From positions 256,001-320,000 of the forward strand of contig CAWDVR010000006.1 of NCBI GenBank assembly GCA_963805975.1: a DNA stretch of 64,000 nucleotides, written 5' to 3'. Made by a program: the position numbers and the translations under genes. Below, piece after piece: positions 37,248-48,500 of this stretch; position 1 is the stretch's first letter; every line of letters begins with the position of its first letter. Under the pieces are notes generated by a model. It was not told the DNA's origin. It saw nothing but the letters and a program-made list of their open reading frames with translations, and ran no database searches. Origin of the DNA: an uncultured Acidobacteriota bacterium. GTDB taxonomy: Bacteria; Acidobacteriota; Thermoanaerobaculia; Multivoradales; SZUA-115.

Positions 37248-37919
37248 GCTACGCGATGGTCGAGCGCCTGATCTACAAAGACTGGTACTTCAACCGCTGG
37301 GGCATCACCACGTACGTCGCCGCCGGGCTCCTCGCCCTGGTCCCCATTGCGGTGGGCGGCAAGGGAGCGTTCTACCTCGGCAGCATAGTGCTCATCACGG
37401 CGCTGATCTCGGTGGGCATCCACCTGGCCATGGTCACGGTGATCCACGAGCGCAGCGAGCACACCCTGCCCTTCGTGATGACGCTGCCGATCTCCGCCGT
37501 CGAGTACACGACGGCGAAGATCGTCGCCAACGTCATGATCTTCCTCGCGGCCTGGGTGGTCCTCGTGGTGGGCACCCTCGGCGTGATCGCCGGCCGCGCG
37601 GCGCTCCCCGACGGGCTGATCCCGTTCGCCGTGGTGGTGCTCTTCCAGCTCCTGGTGGGCTACGTCCTGCTCCTCGCCATGGCCCTGGTGTCCGAGTCGC
37701 AGGGCTGGGCGATCGGCGGCATCCTGCTGGGCAACTTCCTGCTCCAGGGCGTGATGTACTGGATCTCGAACGTGCCCGCCATCGCCCAGGACATGAAAGG
37801 CGACTCGATCGCCTGGCGCCAGCCCATCCCCGCGCTCCTGGGCGGCAGAGCTCGCCGTGATCGTCCTGCTGCTCGTCCTCACCTTCTACTTGCAATCGCG
37901 GAAGACCGATTTCCTCTGA
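37244..37919 (+). CDS. ABC-2 permease (frameshift near 37843)
   Basis: Six TM helices; ER...LPFVMTLPIS; the last helix ELAVIVLLLVLTFYLQSRKTDFL* is in the +1 frame. Confidence 0.88.
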
Positions 37920-37943
37920 GGCTCCAGGAGACCCGGAGAGACC

Positions 37944-38948
37944 ATGATCAGACTGCCCAAGCTCGTCACCCGCTCCCTGCTCGCGGCAGTGGCGCTCGCC
38001 GCCCTCGGTTTCACCCTGGCTCTGGTGATGATCCTGTGGAGCGATCCGGTGTTCGGCCACCTGCCCGACACCTCGCCGGAAGCGCTCGCCGCCTCCGGCA
38101 TCAGCTTCGAGCAGCCCTACCCGGCCGCGGAGCGTCCCTTCCGCATGCCCGACGGGACCGTGCTCGCCGCCCAGTACCTGGCCTCGGGTGGAGAGACCAC
38201 CATCGTGCTCGTGCACGGCATCCTCGGCGCGAGCTTCCTGCTCAACCGCCCTTCCGGCCTGCTCCGCGAGGCGACCGGTGCGGAGGTGGTGACGATCGAC
38301 CTCCGCGGCCACGGGTTCTCCGGGGGCAAGCCGGGGGACACCGACTACACCGGCCAGTACGAGGACGACCTGGGCGAGGTGGTGCGGCAGATCCGCGCCG
38401 CGCGCCCCGGCTGCAAGGTGGTCCTGGCCGGGCACTCGATGGGCGGCGGGATCGCGCTCCGCTACGCAGAGCGGGCCGGACTGCCGCCGGTGGACGGCTA
38501 CCTGCTGCTGGCGCCCTACCTCGGCTGGATCTCGCCGACCACCCGCAAGGAGCCCACCGAGGCCGAGGCCCAGGCCGAGTTCATGAAGGTCCACCTGTCA
38601 CGCATTCTCGGCCTGAAGCTGCTGAACGTGGCCGGGATCACCGCCTTCAACGGGCTGCGCACCCAGTTCTTCAACATGCCGCCCGAGCTGCCCCTGCGCT
38701 CCTACTCCTACCGCGCCTCGGAAGGCCAGGGGCCGGCGGACTACCGGCAGGCACTGGCGGCGGTCCAGGCGCCGCTCCTGGTCGTCGTCGGCAGCCTGGA
38801 CGAGGCTTTCGTGGCGGAGAAGTACGAGGGCGTGATCCGGGACTACAGCCACGGCACGGTCACGATCGTCCCGGAGGCGACCCACAACGGCGTGATGAAC
38901 GATCCTCGGACCATGGCGGCTGTCCAGGCGTGGGTCACGAAGCTCTGA
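37944..38948 (+). CDS. Membrane-anchored alpha/beta hydrolase
   Basis: VHG, DLRGHGFS, GHSMGG nucleophile elbow, GSLDE and ATHNG. Confidence 0.93.
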   Translation: MIRLPKLVTRSLLAAVALAALGFTLALVMILWSDPVFGHLPDTSPEALAASGISFEQPYPAAERPFRMPDGTVLAAQYLASGGETTIVLVHGILGASFLLNRPSGLLREATGAEVVTIDLRGHGFSGGKPGDTDYTGQYEDDLGEVVRQIRAARPGCKVVLAGHSMGGGIALRYAERAGLPPVDGYLLLAPYLGWISPTTRKEPTEAEAQAEFMKVHLSRILGLKLLNVAGITAFNGLRTQFFNMPPELPLRSYSYRASEGQGPADYRQALAAVQAPLLVVVGSLDEAFVAEKYEGVIRDYSHGTVTIVPEATHNGVMNDPRTMAAVQAWVTKL

Positions 38949-38983
38949 AGTTTCTGGTTTGACGCCAAAAAGACAGTCTCGCC

Positions 38984-39925
38984 TCAGGCTTGGATCGCCG
39001 CAATCTCAGCCATCATGCAGCGTACGCTCCCGCCGCCATGGGTCTCGATGACCTCGAGCGGGACGCTGACGAGCCTCGCGTGCCTCTCGAAAGCCGCGAC
39101 CTGGGCGGGGTCGAGAGCCTGCCTGGCGCACTCGGAGGCAAACACGACCGTCTCGCCTGACGCTGAGCAGAGCTCGAGGACATTCCCGGCAAAGGCATGC
39201 ATCTGCGAGAGGCTCAGCGCCAGGATCTCGTGCCCCGTGTCCAGCAGCGAATATTCAACGGCCCGACGCTCGCGGGCATCGACGACGCTCTCGAGGCAGG
39301 CGACCGCCAGGCCAGCTCCTACAGACATCACCACGTTGGTGTGGTACACCGGCGCGCCGGACCTGTCGGCGGCAGCAAACACCACCGGCCGGTAGTCCGT
39401 CTCCTGGCACCAAAGATCCACCAGCGAGCGGTCGGTCCGCGGCGAGATGCTGGCGTAGGCAACCCCATGGATCCGATCCAGCACGAGGCTGCCGGTGCCC
39501 TCCAAGTAACGCCCCTCGGCAGCGTGGCTCGTAAGGTCCAGGATCCTTCGGGCACCGAACACTCCCGAGCTATCCAGGGCATCGACGATGTCGCGCCTCA
39601 CCTCTTCCCGCCGGGTTGGCGCCATCATCGGATAGAGGACGACTGTCCCGTCTTCGTGAAAGGAGATCCAGTTGTTCGGGAAGACCGCATCCGGGCTCTT
39701 TCCCTCGGTGAGGTCGTCGAAGCTGTGGACGTCGATACCGGCGAGCCTCAAGGCGTCGACCAGGCAATCGAACTCCGCTCGGGCACGCTCCGCAAGGATG
39801 GCCCTGTCGAACCCCGTGTCGCGCTCTTGAAACCAGTTGGTCGAGGCCGTTTCCTCATTGAACGAGAAGTTCGCCGGCCGGACGACGAGAACCCTGGACG
39901 CACGACCTGTGCCTCGAGTCGCCAT
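38984..39925 (-). CDS. ctlX: CtlX-like amidinotransferase/pentein hydrolase
   Basis: VRPANFSFNEETA, PDAVFPNNWISF, LEGTGS, YHTNV and GGGSVRCMMAEI motifs. Confidence 0.88.
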   Translation of the reverse strand: MATRGTGRASRVLVVRPANFSFNEETASTNWFQERDTGFDRAILAERARAEFDCLVDALRLAGIDVHSFDDLTEGKSPDAVFPNNWISFHEDGTVVLYPMMAPTRREEVRRDIVDALDSSGVFGARRILDLTSHAAEGRYLEGTGSLVLDRIHGVAYASISPRTDRSLVDLWCQETDYRPVVFAAADRSGAPVYHTNVVMSVGAGLAVACLESVVDARERRAVEYSLLDTGHEILALSLSQMHAFAGNVLELCSASGETVVFASECARQALDPAQVAAFERHARLVSVPLEVIETHGGGSVRCMMAEIAAIQA

Positions 39926-39939
39926 GGATCCGTGGCCCA

Positions 39940-40572
39940 CTACGCGTTGACGAAGAACCGCGCGAGCACCTGCGCCAGGTAGGTCACCATCAACACGCCT
40001 CCCCCCCAATAGACGAAGACCGCCGCCCTCTTGTAGATCTGCTGCCTGGCATTGACGACTCCGGCCATCGCGAAATTCTCTCGCCAGACTGCCGCTGCGG
40101 CTTCCTTCCCATCGTGGCGCTTCACCGAATCGACGAAGCGCTCCCACGTGCCGTGCTGAATCACGTGGTCGGTGAGGAAATGACTCTCCGTGTCGCCGAT
40201 CGTTGGAGAGATCCCTCTGATGATCCGGTAGATGGCCAGAATGAACAGCAGTGCCGTGATCACGGATGCCGCGAACAGCAGGGTGCGGACGTGCCCGTAG
40301 GTCCCTTCTGCGGAGAGGACGCTTTCGAGTAGCACTCCACTGGCTGCGAGGCCACCCAGCGCCACGGTCAGGATCTTCGTCAGGCGCACCTCGTTGGTCT
40401 GGTTCGTCCGCATCGTGTAGTCGAGGTAGGCAAGCGAATATTGAATCGGCACCGGAGGTTCCGGTGTCGACGGCATGCCTGGCAGTAGGGTCTCGTCGGT
40501 GTCAGCCTCTGGTCCAACGAGTTTGGCCGCGCGCTGGCGCCCGCCGCCGGGAGCACCTTGATCCTCAGTCAT
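39940..40572 (-). CDS. Three-TM protein resembling the Pycsar effector (DUF5706/PycTM)
   Basis: Two TM helices, then ISP...SHFLTDHV...F...amphipathic helix ENFAMAGVVNARQQIYKRA, then a third TM helix. Confidence 0.6.
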   Translation of the reverse strand: MTEDQGAPGGGRQRAAKLVGPEADTDETLLPGMPSTPEPPVPIQYSLAYLDYTMRTNQTNEVRLTKILTVALGGLAASGVLLESVLSAEGTYGHVRTLLFAASVITALLFILAIYRIIRGISPTIGDTESHFLTDHVIQHGTWERFVDSVKRHDGKEAAAAVWRENFAMAGVVNARQQIYKRAAVFVYWGGGVLMVTYLAQVLARFFVNA

Positions 40573-40634
40573 AGTTCGATCCTCGCAGCGATTTTAGCGA
40601 AAGCGGGTCCGCCAGCAACCGCTTCGCCGCCATG

Positions 40635-40820
40635 TCACAGACCACGCTCGTGGTCGTCTGCTTTCGGGCGGCCTCCGGCAACTGGCTGAGTAGGCTCGGT
40701 GGTCGCTGGTAGGTGCGCCGCCGACGCGAGCGCAGCGGGCAGGTCCGCGAAGTAGGCGGCGGCGAAGCTCGACCAAAGGCCGTCCACCTGGGCGTCGAGG
40801 TCGAGCGGCTCGAGAGTCAT
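40635..40820 (-). CDS. Small hypothetical protein
   Basis: ATG after GAGAGG; 61 aa; no recognisable motif. Confidence 0.3.
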   Translation of the reverse strand: MTLEPLDLDAQVDGLWSSFAAAYFADLPAALASAAHLPATTEPTQPVAGGRPKADDHERGL

Positions 40821-40861
40821 GGCGCCCGGCCTCTCGGCACCGCGCGGACTTTCATCCCGCT

Positions 40862-41476
40862 TCAGTAGCGGCAGATGCAGCGGAGCGAGGAGATCTGATC
40901 GTTCCAGTCGTCGCCTACGGAGCGGTAGGAGCCGGACGGGACGGTCCGCGAAGCACCGCGAAAGTCGTAGTCCTGGTAGACCTCCAGGCGGCAGCCGCGG
41001 GGGACCTTGAGCGAAGAGAACTGGTCGTTCCAGCCGTCGTCGAGGCGCCGGTAGGGAGCATTGCTCTCGGCGAGCAGGCTCCCGCCCCCGAAGTCCATGT
41101 GCTGGAAGAGCTCGCAGGAGCGGGGACCGGCCATCTCGTCGCAGGAGCAGCGGGCGGAGGAGATCTCGTCGTTCCACAGACTTCCGACGTCACTCGCATC
41201 ACCGGTGAAGGCCCTGCGATCTCCGGCATACTTCCGGTGCTGGTACACGGTGAGCTTGCAGCCGCGGTCGACCTTGACCGACGAGACGCGGTCGTTCCAA
41301 CTGCCGGGAAGGGCGTTCGACTCCTCGCCGGAGTCCAGGAAGTAAGCCTCTCCCTTGTACCTCGTGTGCTCGTACAGCGTACACGCCGCGCCAGCCGGGT
41401 TCGCGCCGATCCAGGAAAGAAGCCCTGCCAGTAGAGCGAGTGGGTACGCGCGATGAGCTTGCCTCGAAGAGTGCAT
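40862..41476 (-). CDS. Secreted beta/gamma-crystallin protein (two domains)
   Basis: Signal peptide; four Greek-key motifs WNDRVSS, WNDEISS, WNDQFSS and WNDQISS. Confidence 0.92.
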   Translation of the reverse strand: MHSSRQAHRAYPLALLAGLLSWIGANPAGAACTLYEHTRYKGEAYFLDSGEESNALPGSWNDRVSSVKVDRGCKLTVYQHRKYAGDRRAFTGDASDVGSLWNDEISSARCSCDEMAGPRSCELFQHMDFGGGSLLAESNAPYRRLDDGWNDQFSSLKVPRGCRLEVYQDYDFRGASRTVPSGSYRSVGDDWNDQISSLRCICRY

Positions 41477-41649
41477 CGTCCGCTCCTGGTGAATCTGGAA
41501 GAGCTTGCGTTCTCGTTCACCGCGATCGGAGGCGACTCTACCTCACCTCCAAGCAGGTGCAGCCGCGCTCCAGAAACGCGGCATAGCGGGTAGCGGCGGT
41601 TCGCTGATTCACCAGCCGCTGTCGAGCGACGTCCACGTCGAGGAGCCGG

Positions 41650-42039
41650 CTACCCCCTGGCCTCGGCGAGCAGGTTGGCGTCGCGGAAGAGAACCCAGGC
41701 GCCGGCCTCCTTCTTCAGGACCGAGAGCGTGTAGCCGGAGCGCTTGGTGGGCTCGCCGCCGTTCCGGGGCGTGATGACCACCGAGAGCCGGGTCCAGAGG
41801 TAGGCCCAGTCTCCGAGCACCTGGATCTCCTGAATCTCGCTCTGGCCGTCGATCTCGACTCCCGCGAGCTCTGCCTGGGCCGCCGCGAACGTGGCCTTGC
41901 CACGCATGGGCGGCTGGCCGGGCACGAGAAACACGACATCCTCAGCCATGAGGCTCAGCACCGTTTCCGTATCCCCGGCTTTCGAGGCGCTCATCCAGGT
42001 CTCAACGAGCTGTCTGATCGCCTGCTCATCACTTTGCAT
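41650..42039 (-). CDS. SgcJ/EcaC (SnoaL/NTF2-like) protein
   Basis: MQSDEQAIRQLVETW...GD...LMAEDVVFL...RDANLL; GGGAGG SD. Confidence 0.9.
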   Translation of the reverse strand: MQSDEQAIRQLVETWMSASKAGDTETVLSLMAEDVVFLVPGQPPMRGKATFAAAQAELAGVEIDGQSEIQEIQVLGDWAYLWTRLSVVITPRNGGEPTKRSGYTLSVLKKEAGAWVLFRDANLLAEARG

Positions 42040-42128
42040 AAGGCCTCCCAGAGTGCGGCGTGCCACCTACTCGCGCGGCCGCAGGCGCTTGGCGCAGCGG
42101 GATCGTAGCCTAGGCCACGCCGCCCCCC

Positions 42129-44707
42129 TCACTCCTCCCGCAGCGCCACCGCCGGGCTCGTCCGCGCCATCTTCCACGCCGGGTACAGTCCAGCGAGCAG
42201 GGCCGCGGCCACGGCGAGGAGCACGGCCTGGGCCAGGACGCCGGGGTCGAGGGCCAGGTCCAGGCGCCAGCCGAAGGAGCGGCGGTTGATGACGTAGACC
42301 ATGAGCGCCGCGAGGAGCGTGCCCACCGGCAGGGCGAGCAGCCCCGCGGTGAGGCCCATCAGGCCCGTCTGGCCGGCCACCAGGCCCCAGATGCTCCGCG
42401 GCTCGAGGCCCAGGGCGCGCAGCACGCCGATCTCCTTTGCCCGCTCGAGCTCCAGGGCCATGAGCGAGGCCACCACGCCGATGAAGGCCACCAGCCCGGC
42501 CAGGAAGCGCAGCACGCCGGTGATCAGGAACGTCCGGTCGAAGACCTCGAGCGAGGCGGCCTTCAAGGCGCGGGTGGCACGGATCTCGAGATCCACGCCG
42601 CTGCCGGCGGCGACCTGCTGGAGCCCATGCGCCACGGCATCGGGCTCGGCGCCCGGCGCCACGAACACGGCGAGCGCCGAGTGGCCGCGGGCCCGCCAGA
42701 AGCGCTCGAAGCCCTGCCGGCTGAGCATCACGGCGCCCTGGTCGCTCGAATAGTCGGCGTAGACGCCGCCCACCTCGAAGGCTCGCTCTCCCTCGTCCGT
42801 CCGCAGGGTGAGGCGCGAGCCCGGCACCAGGCCGCGGTGGTAGGCGAGGGGCTCGGAGACCAGGATCGCCTCCCCGCGGTCGAAAGCCGGCCACAAGGCC
42901 GCCGGGTCGCCGGCCGTGAGGCTGAGCGAGGCTTTGCCCCGCGAGTCGAGGTTGAGGGCCTTGAGCATCGTGCCGCCGTCGGCGGTGGGCAGCCAGGAGA
43001 CGAGCAGGGTGTTGATGCGCTCGACACCGGGTGCCGAGCGGAAGCGGGCGAGGAGCGCGTCGTCGATCGGCGGCGGCAGGCCGGAGCGGGCGGCCGAGAT
43101 GTACACGTCCGCCGCCAGCGTGCTTTCGAGCCACTGCACGACGGCGCCGCGGAAGCTGCCCACCATCAGGCCGATGCCGATCGTCACCGACACCGCGACC
43201 ATCAGGCTGGCGACCGCCACCGCGGTCCGCGAGAGCGTGGTCTCGACGCTCCCCGCGGCCATCCGCCCGAGCAGGCCGAAGGCCCGGCCGAGGAGCGGGC
43301 GCGCGGCGCGCGCGGCGAGGAGCGTGGCGCCCGGCGCCAGGCAGGCGCAGGCGAGGATGGCGGCGAAGAGGCCGGCGAAGGCCACGGCGACGGAGCGCCC
43401 CGGGAGCGCGAGCAGCAGGCCGCAGAGCGCGAAGCCGGCCACGGCGGCGAGCGCCAGCCGGGGAAGCGCGCGGCGACTCTTCTCCTCGGCGAGAGAGCGG
43501 AGCATCACCGCGCGGGGCGGGGTGCGGGTGGCCTCGAGCGCCGGTGGCAGGGCGGCGAGGAGCGTGGCACCGAGGCCCAGGAGCGCCGGCCCGGCGAGCA
43601 GCCAGGCCGAGACCTCGACCCGCGATACGGTCGCCGTGAAGTAGAAGTCGGAGACCGTGCGGGAGACGAGCTGCACCAGCCCGCGCGCCAGCAGGAGCCC
43701 GAGCGGCAGCCCGAGCGCGGTGCCCGCGAGGCCCACCACCAGCGCCTCGCCCAGGACCAGGCCGAAGACCTCGCGGCGGGACACGCCCAGAGCGCGCAGC
43801 ATGCCGAGAAGCGGCCGGCGCTGCACCACGGAGAAGGTCATGGTGTTGTAGATCAGGAAGGCGCCGCAGACCAGCGCCAGGAGCGACAGCGCCCTCAAGT
43901 TCAGCCGGAAGGCGGCGGACATCTCGGTGATCGCCCGCGAGCGGGTGCCCACCTCGACGAGCTCGGCGTTGGCCGGCAGCAGGGCGCGGACCCGCGCCAG
44001 CATCGCCTCGCCGGTGTCGCCGGCGGGCACGATCAGGTCGATGCGCGACAGGAGCCCGAGCCCGCCCGTCAGCTCCTGGGCGGTCGCGATGTCGGCGATC
44101 ACCAGGTCGGCGAGCGCGCGGCGGGAGAGCTCGTCGGCGCCCGCGAGAGTGCCGGCGAGGTGCAGGGTGTGGGTCCGGCCTCCCAGGCGCAGCTCGAAGG
44201 TGCTCCCCGGCGTGAGATCCAGCTCGCGGGCCGTGGTCTCGGCGAGGAGAGCCGTGGCCGGCTGTGCCAGAAAGCCGGCGAGGTCCACGCCGCGCCCGCC
44301 GAGGCCCGTGCCCGAACGGCCGCGCCCAAAGAGGACCGGGCGAAACGGCCGCTCGGCGAAGGGGTCCACGCCCAGCAGCCGGAGGGTGCGGCCCGGAAGA
44401 GTGGACCCGGGAGCGGCCGGCAGATTCGCAGCAGCGTCCACCACCGGCGCCAGCCCGACGCCGGTGCCCGCCAGCCGGAGACGCCGGTAGAGGTCGTCCG
44501 GCAGGCCGGAGGGTCCGCCCAGGATCTGGTGTGTGGCCCGGCCGGCCACGGTCTCGGTGGCCAGGCCGAACGCCGCGAGCGCGCTCGAGTTGGCGAGGCC
44601 GATCGCCGCCACCACGGCCACGCCGAGCGCAACTCCCAGGACTGCGAGACCGGCCTGCCACGGATGGCGGGCGAGGCCGCGCCGGCTGGCCCTCCTCAGC
44701 AGGGGGC

Positions 44708-44711
<4 letters not shown>
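42129..44711 (-). CDS. FtsX/MacB-like ABC permease (AttF/G-like)
   Basis: Duplicated FtsX topology; [15 protein letters not shown]...GMLRALG; INRRSFGW. Confidence 0.93.
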
Positions 44712-45448
<737 letters not shown>

Positions 45449-45550
45449 CGTACACTAGCGGCGACTAGCGACAGGCTCGGGCGAGCGCATAGCATGCGCC
45501 GGTCGAAGGCAGCGGGGGCAGCCCGCGGTCGGGTCCCAGGGGAGGCCGTG

Positions 45551-48500
45551 ATGCACGCGAGCGACGAGGCGTTGAGAAACGAGACGATCAACAAGGTGGC
45601 GGCCGAGGTGCGGCAGCGCCTGGACCGCAAGGCCGGACCGGCGGCCGAGCGGTTCGCGCAGCGCTTCTACGCCCAGATCTCGATGGACGACCTGCGCGCC
45701 CGCCCGCTCAACGAGCTGGCCGGGGCCGCCCTCTCGCTGTGGTCGCTCGCCAGGGTGCGCCGTCCTGGCGAGGCCCTGGTCCGGGTGTTCGCCCCCGAGC
45801 TCGCGGAGCACGGCTGGGCCTCGAGCCACACGGTGGTGCAGGTGGTCAACGACGACATGCCGTTTCTGGTCGACTCGGTGGCGGCGGCGCTCTCCGAGCG
45901 CGGGCTCGAGCCCCACCTGATCCTTCACCCCGTGGCTCGCCTGAGCCGCAACGAGGCCGGCGAGGTGACCGAGCTGGCCGACGGCGACGGCGCCTCCGCC
46001 GCCGAGGCGCGGGCAGAGTCCCTGATGTATTTCGAAGTGGATCGCGTCCCGTCCGCGGGCGAGCGCGAGGCGCTGCGCCAGGAGATCCTCCGCGTGCTGG
46101 CCCTGGTGCGCTCCGCGGTCGAGGACTGGCAGGTGATGCAGGAGCGCCTCGCCGGGCTGGTCCGCGAGCTCAAGGAGAGCCCGCCGCCGCTCCCCGAAGG
46201 CGAGGTGGCAGAGACCCTCGCCTTCCTCGAGTGGCTGGGCGAGAACAACTTCACCTTCCTGGGCTTCCGCGACTACGACATCAGCCAGCGCGGCGGCCGC
46301 GACTATCTCGAGGCGGTGCCCGGTTCCGGCCTCGGCATCCTGCGCGACGCGCTGCGCGAGCGGCCGTCGCAGCCGCGTGAGCTGTCGCCCGAGATGAGCC
46401 GTTTCGCGCGCCGGCCGGAGCTGGTGGTGGTCACCAAGACCAACGGCCGCTCCAAGGTCCACCGGCCGAGCCACATGGACTACATCGGCATCAAGCGCTT
46501 CGACGCCGCCGGCAACCTGCTGGGCGAGCGGCGCTTTCAGGGCCTCTTCACCTCCTCCTCGTACCGCCAGTCGGCCGAGAAGGTGCCCCAGCTCCGCCGC
46601 AAGGTGCGCCAGGTGCTCGAGAAGGCAGGTTTCTCACCTTCGAGCCACGACGGCAAGGCCCTGGCCCACATCATCGAGACCTTCCCCCGCGACGAGCTGT
46701 TCCAGATCACCGAGCACGACCTCTACGAGACGGCGATGGGCATCCTGCGCCTGGCCGAGCGGCGGCGGATCGCCCTCTTCGTGAGGAAGGACGGCTTCGA
46801 GCGCTTCGTCGCCTGCCAGGTCTACGTGCCCAAGGACCATTACGACACCGACCTGCGCAAGCGCATGGAGCGCATCCTCGAGCGGGCCTTCCAGGGCACG
46901 CTCGGCGCCGCCTACACCCAGGTCAGCGAGGAGCCGCTGGCCCGCATCCAGTTCTTCCTCTCGACCGTTCCCGGGCAGGTGCCGGACTACGACGTGACGG
47001 CGATCGAGGCGGAGCTGACGCGCGCCGCCCGCACCTGGACCGACGACCTCGCCCACACGCTCGCCGCCGAGCGCGGCGAGGAGAAGGGCAACGCACTCCT
47101 CCGGCGCTACGCGGCGGCCTTTCCCGCCGCCTATCGCGAGGCCTTCCGGCCGAGCGACACCGGCACCGACATCGACCGCGTCGAGCAGGTGCTCGCCACC
47201 GGGCAGCTCGACATCTACCTCTACAAGCCGATCGGCGCCGCTCCCCACGAGGCGAGCTGCAAGGTCTACAGCAGCGCCGAGACCATGTCGCTGTCCTCCG
47301 TGCTGCCGCTGTTCGAGAACCTGGGGTTCAACGTGCTGGCCGAGCGGCCGTTCGAGATCGAGCCGGCGGGCGCCGCGACCTCGGTCTGGATCCGCGACTT
47401 CGAGCTCGCCACGGCCGACGGCGCGGCGCTCGATCTCGGCGAGGTCCGCGCGCCGGTCGAGGCCGCCTTCCTCGCCACCGTGGCCGGGGAGGCGGAGAAC
47501 GATGCCTTCAACCGCCTGGTGCTGGCGGCGCGCCTGCCCTGGCGCCAGGTGGTGGTGCTGCGCGCCTACGCGCGCTACCTCCGCCAGACCGGCACCGCCT
47601 TCAGCCAGGAGACCCTGGCGCAGGCCCTGGCGAGGAACGCCGGTCTCGCCCGCCTGCTGATCGAGCTCTTCATCGCGAGCTTCGACCCGGACGCGCCCCA
47701 GGACAAGGACGAAACCAACGGCGCCGAGACGACGGGTGGAGCAGCTCCGGGGCGAGGTGGAGGCCGCGCTCGACGCGGTCAGCAACCCCACCGAGGACGA
47801 GATCCTGCGCCGCTTCCTGAACCTGGTGGACAGTACGCTGCGCACCAACTTCTTCCAGCACGCGCCCGGCGGCCCGCACGAGGCGGAGACCGGCCGCGCC
47901 GGAGGGCCCAAGCCGTACCTCTCGCTGAAGCTCGACTCGCGCCAGGTCCTCGATCTGCCCAAGCCGCGGCCGATGTTCGAGGTCTTCGTCTACTCGCCGC
48001 GCGTCGAGGCCATCCACCTGCGCGGCGGCATGGTGGCGCGGGGCGGCATCCGCTGGTCGGACCGGCCGGAGGACTTCCGCACCGAGGTGCTGGGGCTGAT
48101 GAAGGCGCAGATGGTGAAGAACGCGGTCATCGTGCCGGTAGGCGCGAAGGGCGGCTTCATCGTCAAGCGGCCGCAGGCCGACCGCCAGGCCCAGGCGGAG
48201 GAGGGGATCGCCTGCTACAAGACCCTGGTGCGGGGCCTCCTCGACCTGACCGACAACTACCGCGGGCAGGAGGTGGTGCCGCCGCCGCGGGTGGTGAAGA
48301 AGGACGGCGACGACCCCTACCTGGTGGTGGCCGCGGACAAGGGCACGGCGACCTTCTCCGACATCGCCAACTCGGTCTCCGCCGAGTACCGGCACTGGCT
48401 GGGCGACGCCTTCGCCTCCGGCGGCTCGGCCGGCTACGACCACAAGGGCATGGCGATCACCGCCCGCGGCGGCTGGGAGTCGGTGAAGCGCCACTTCCGG

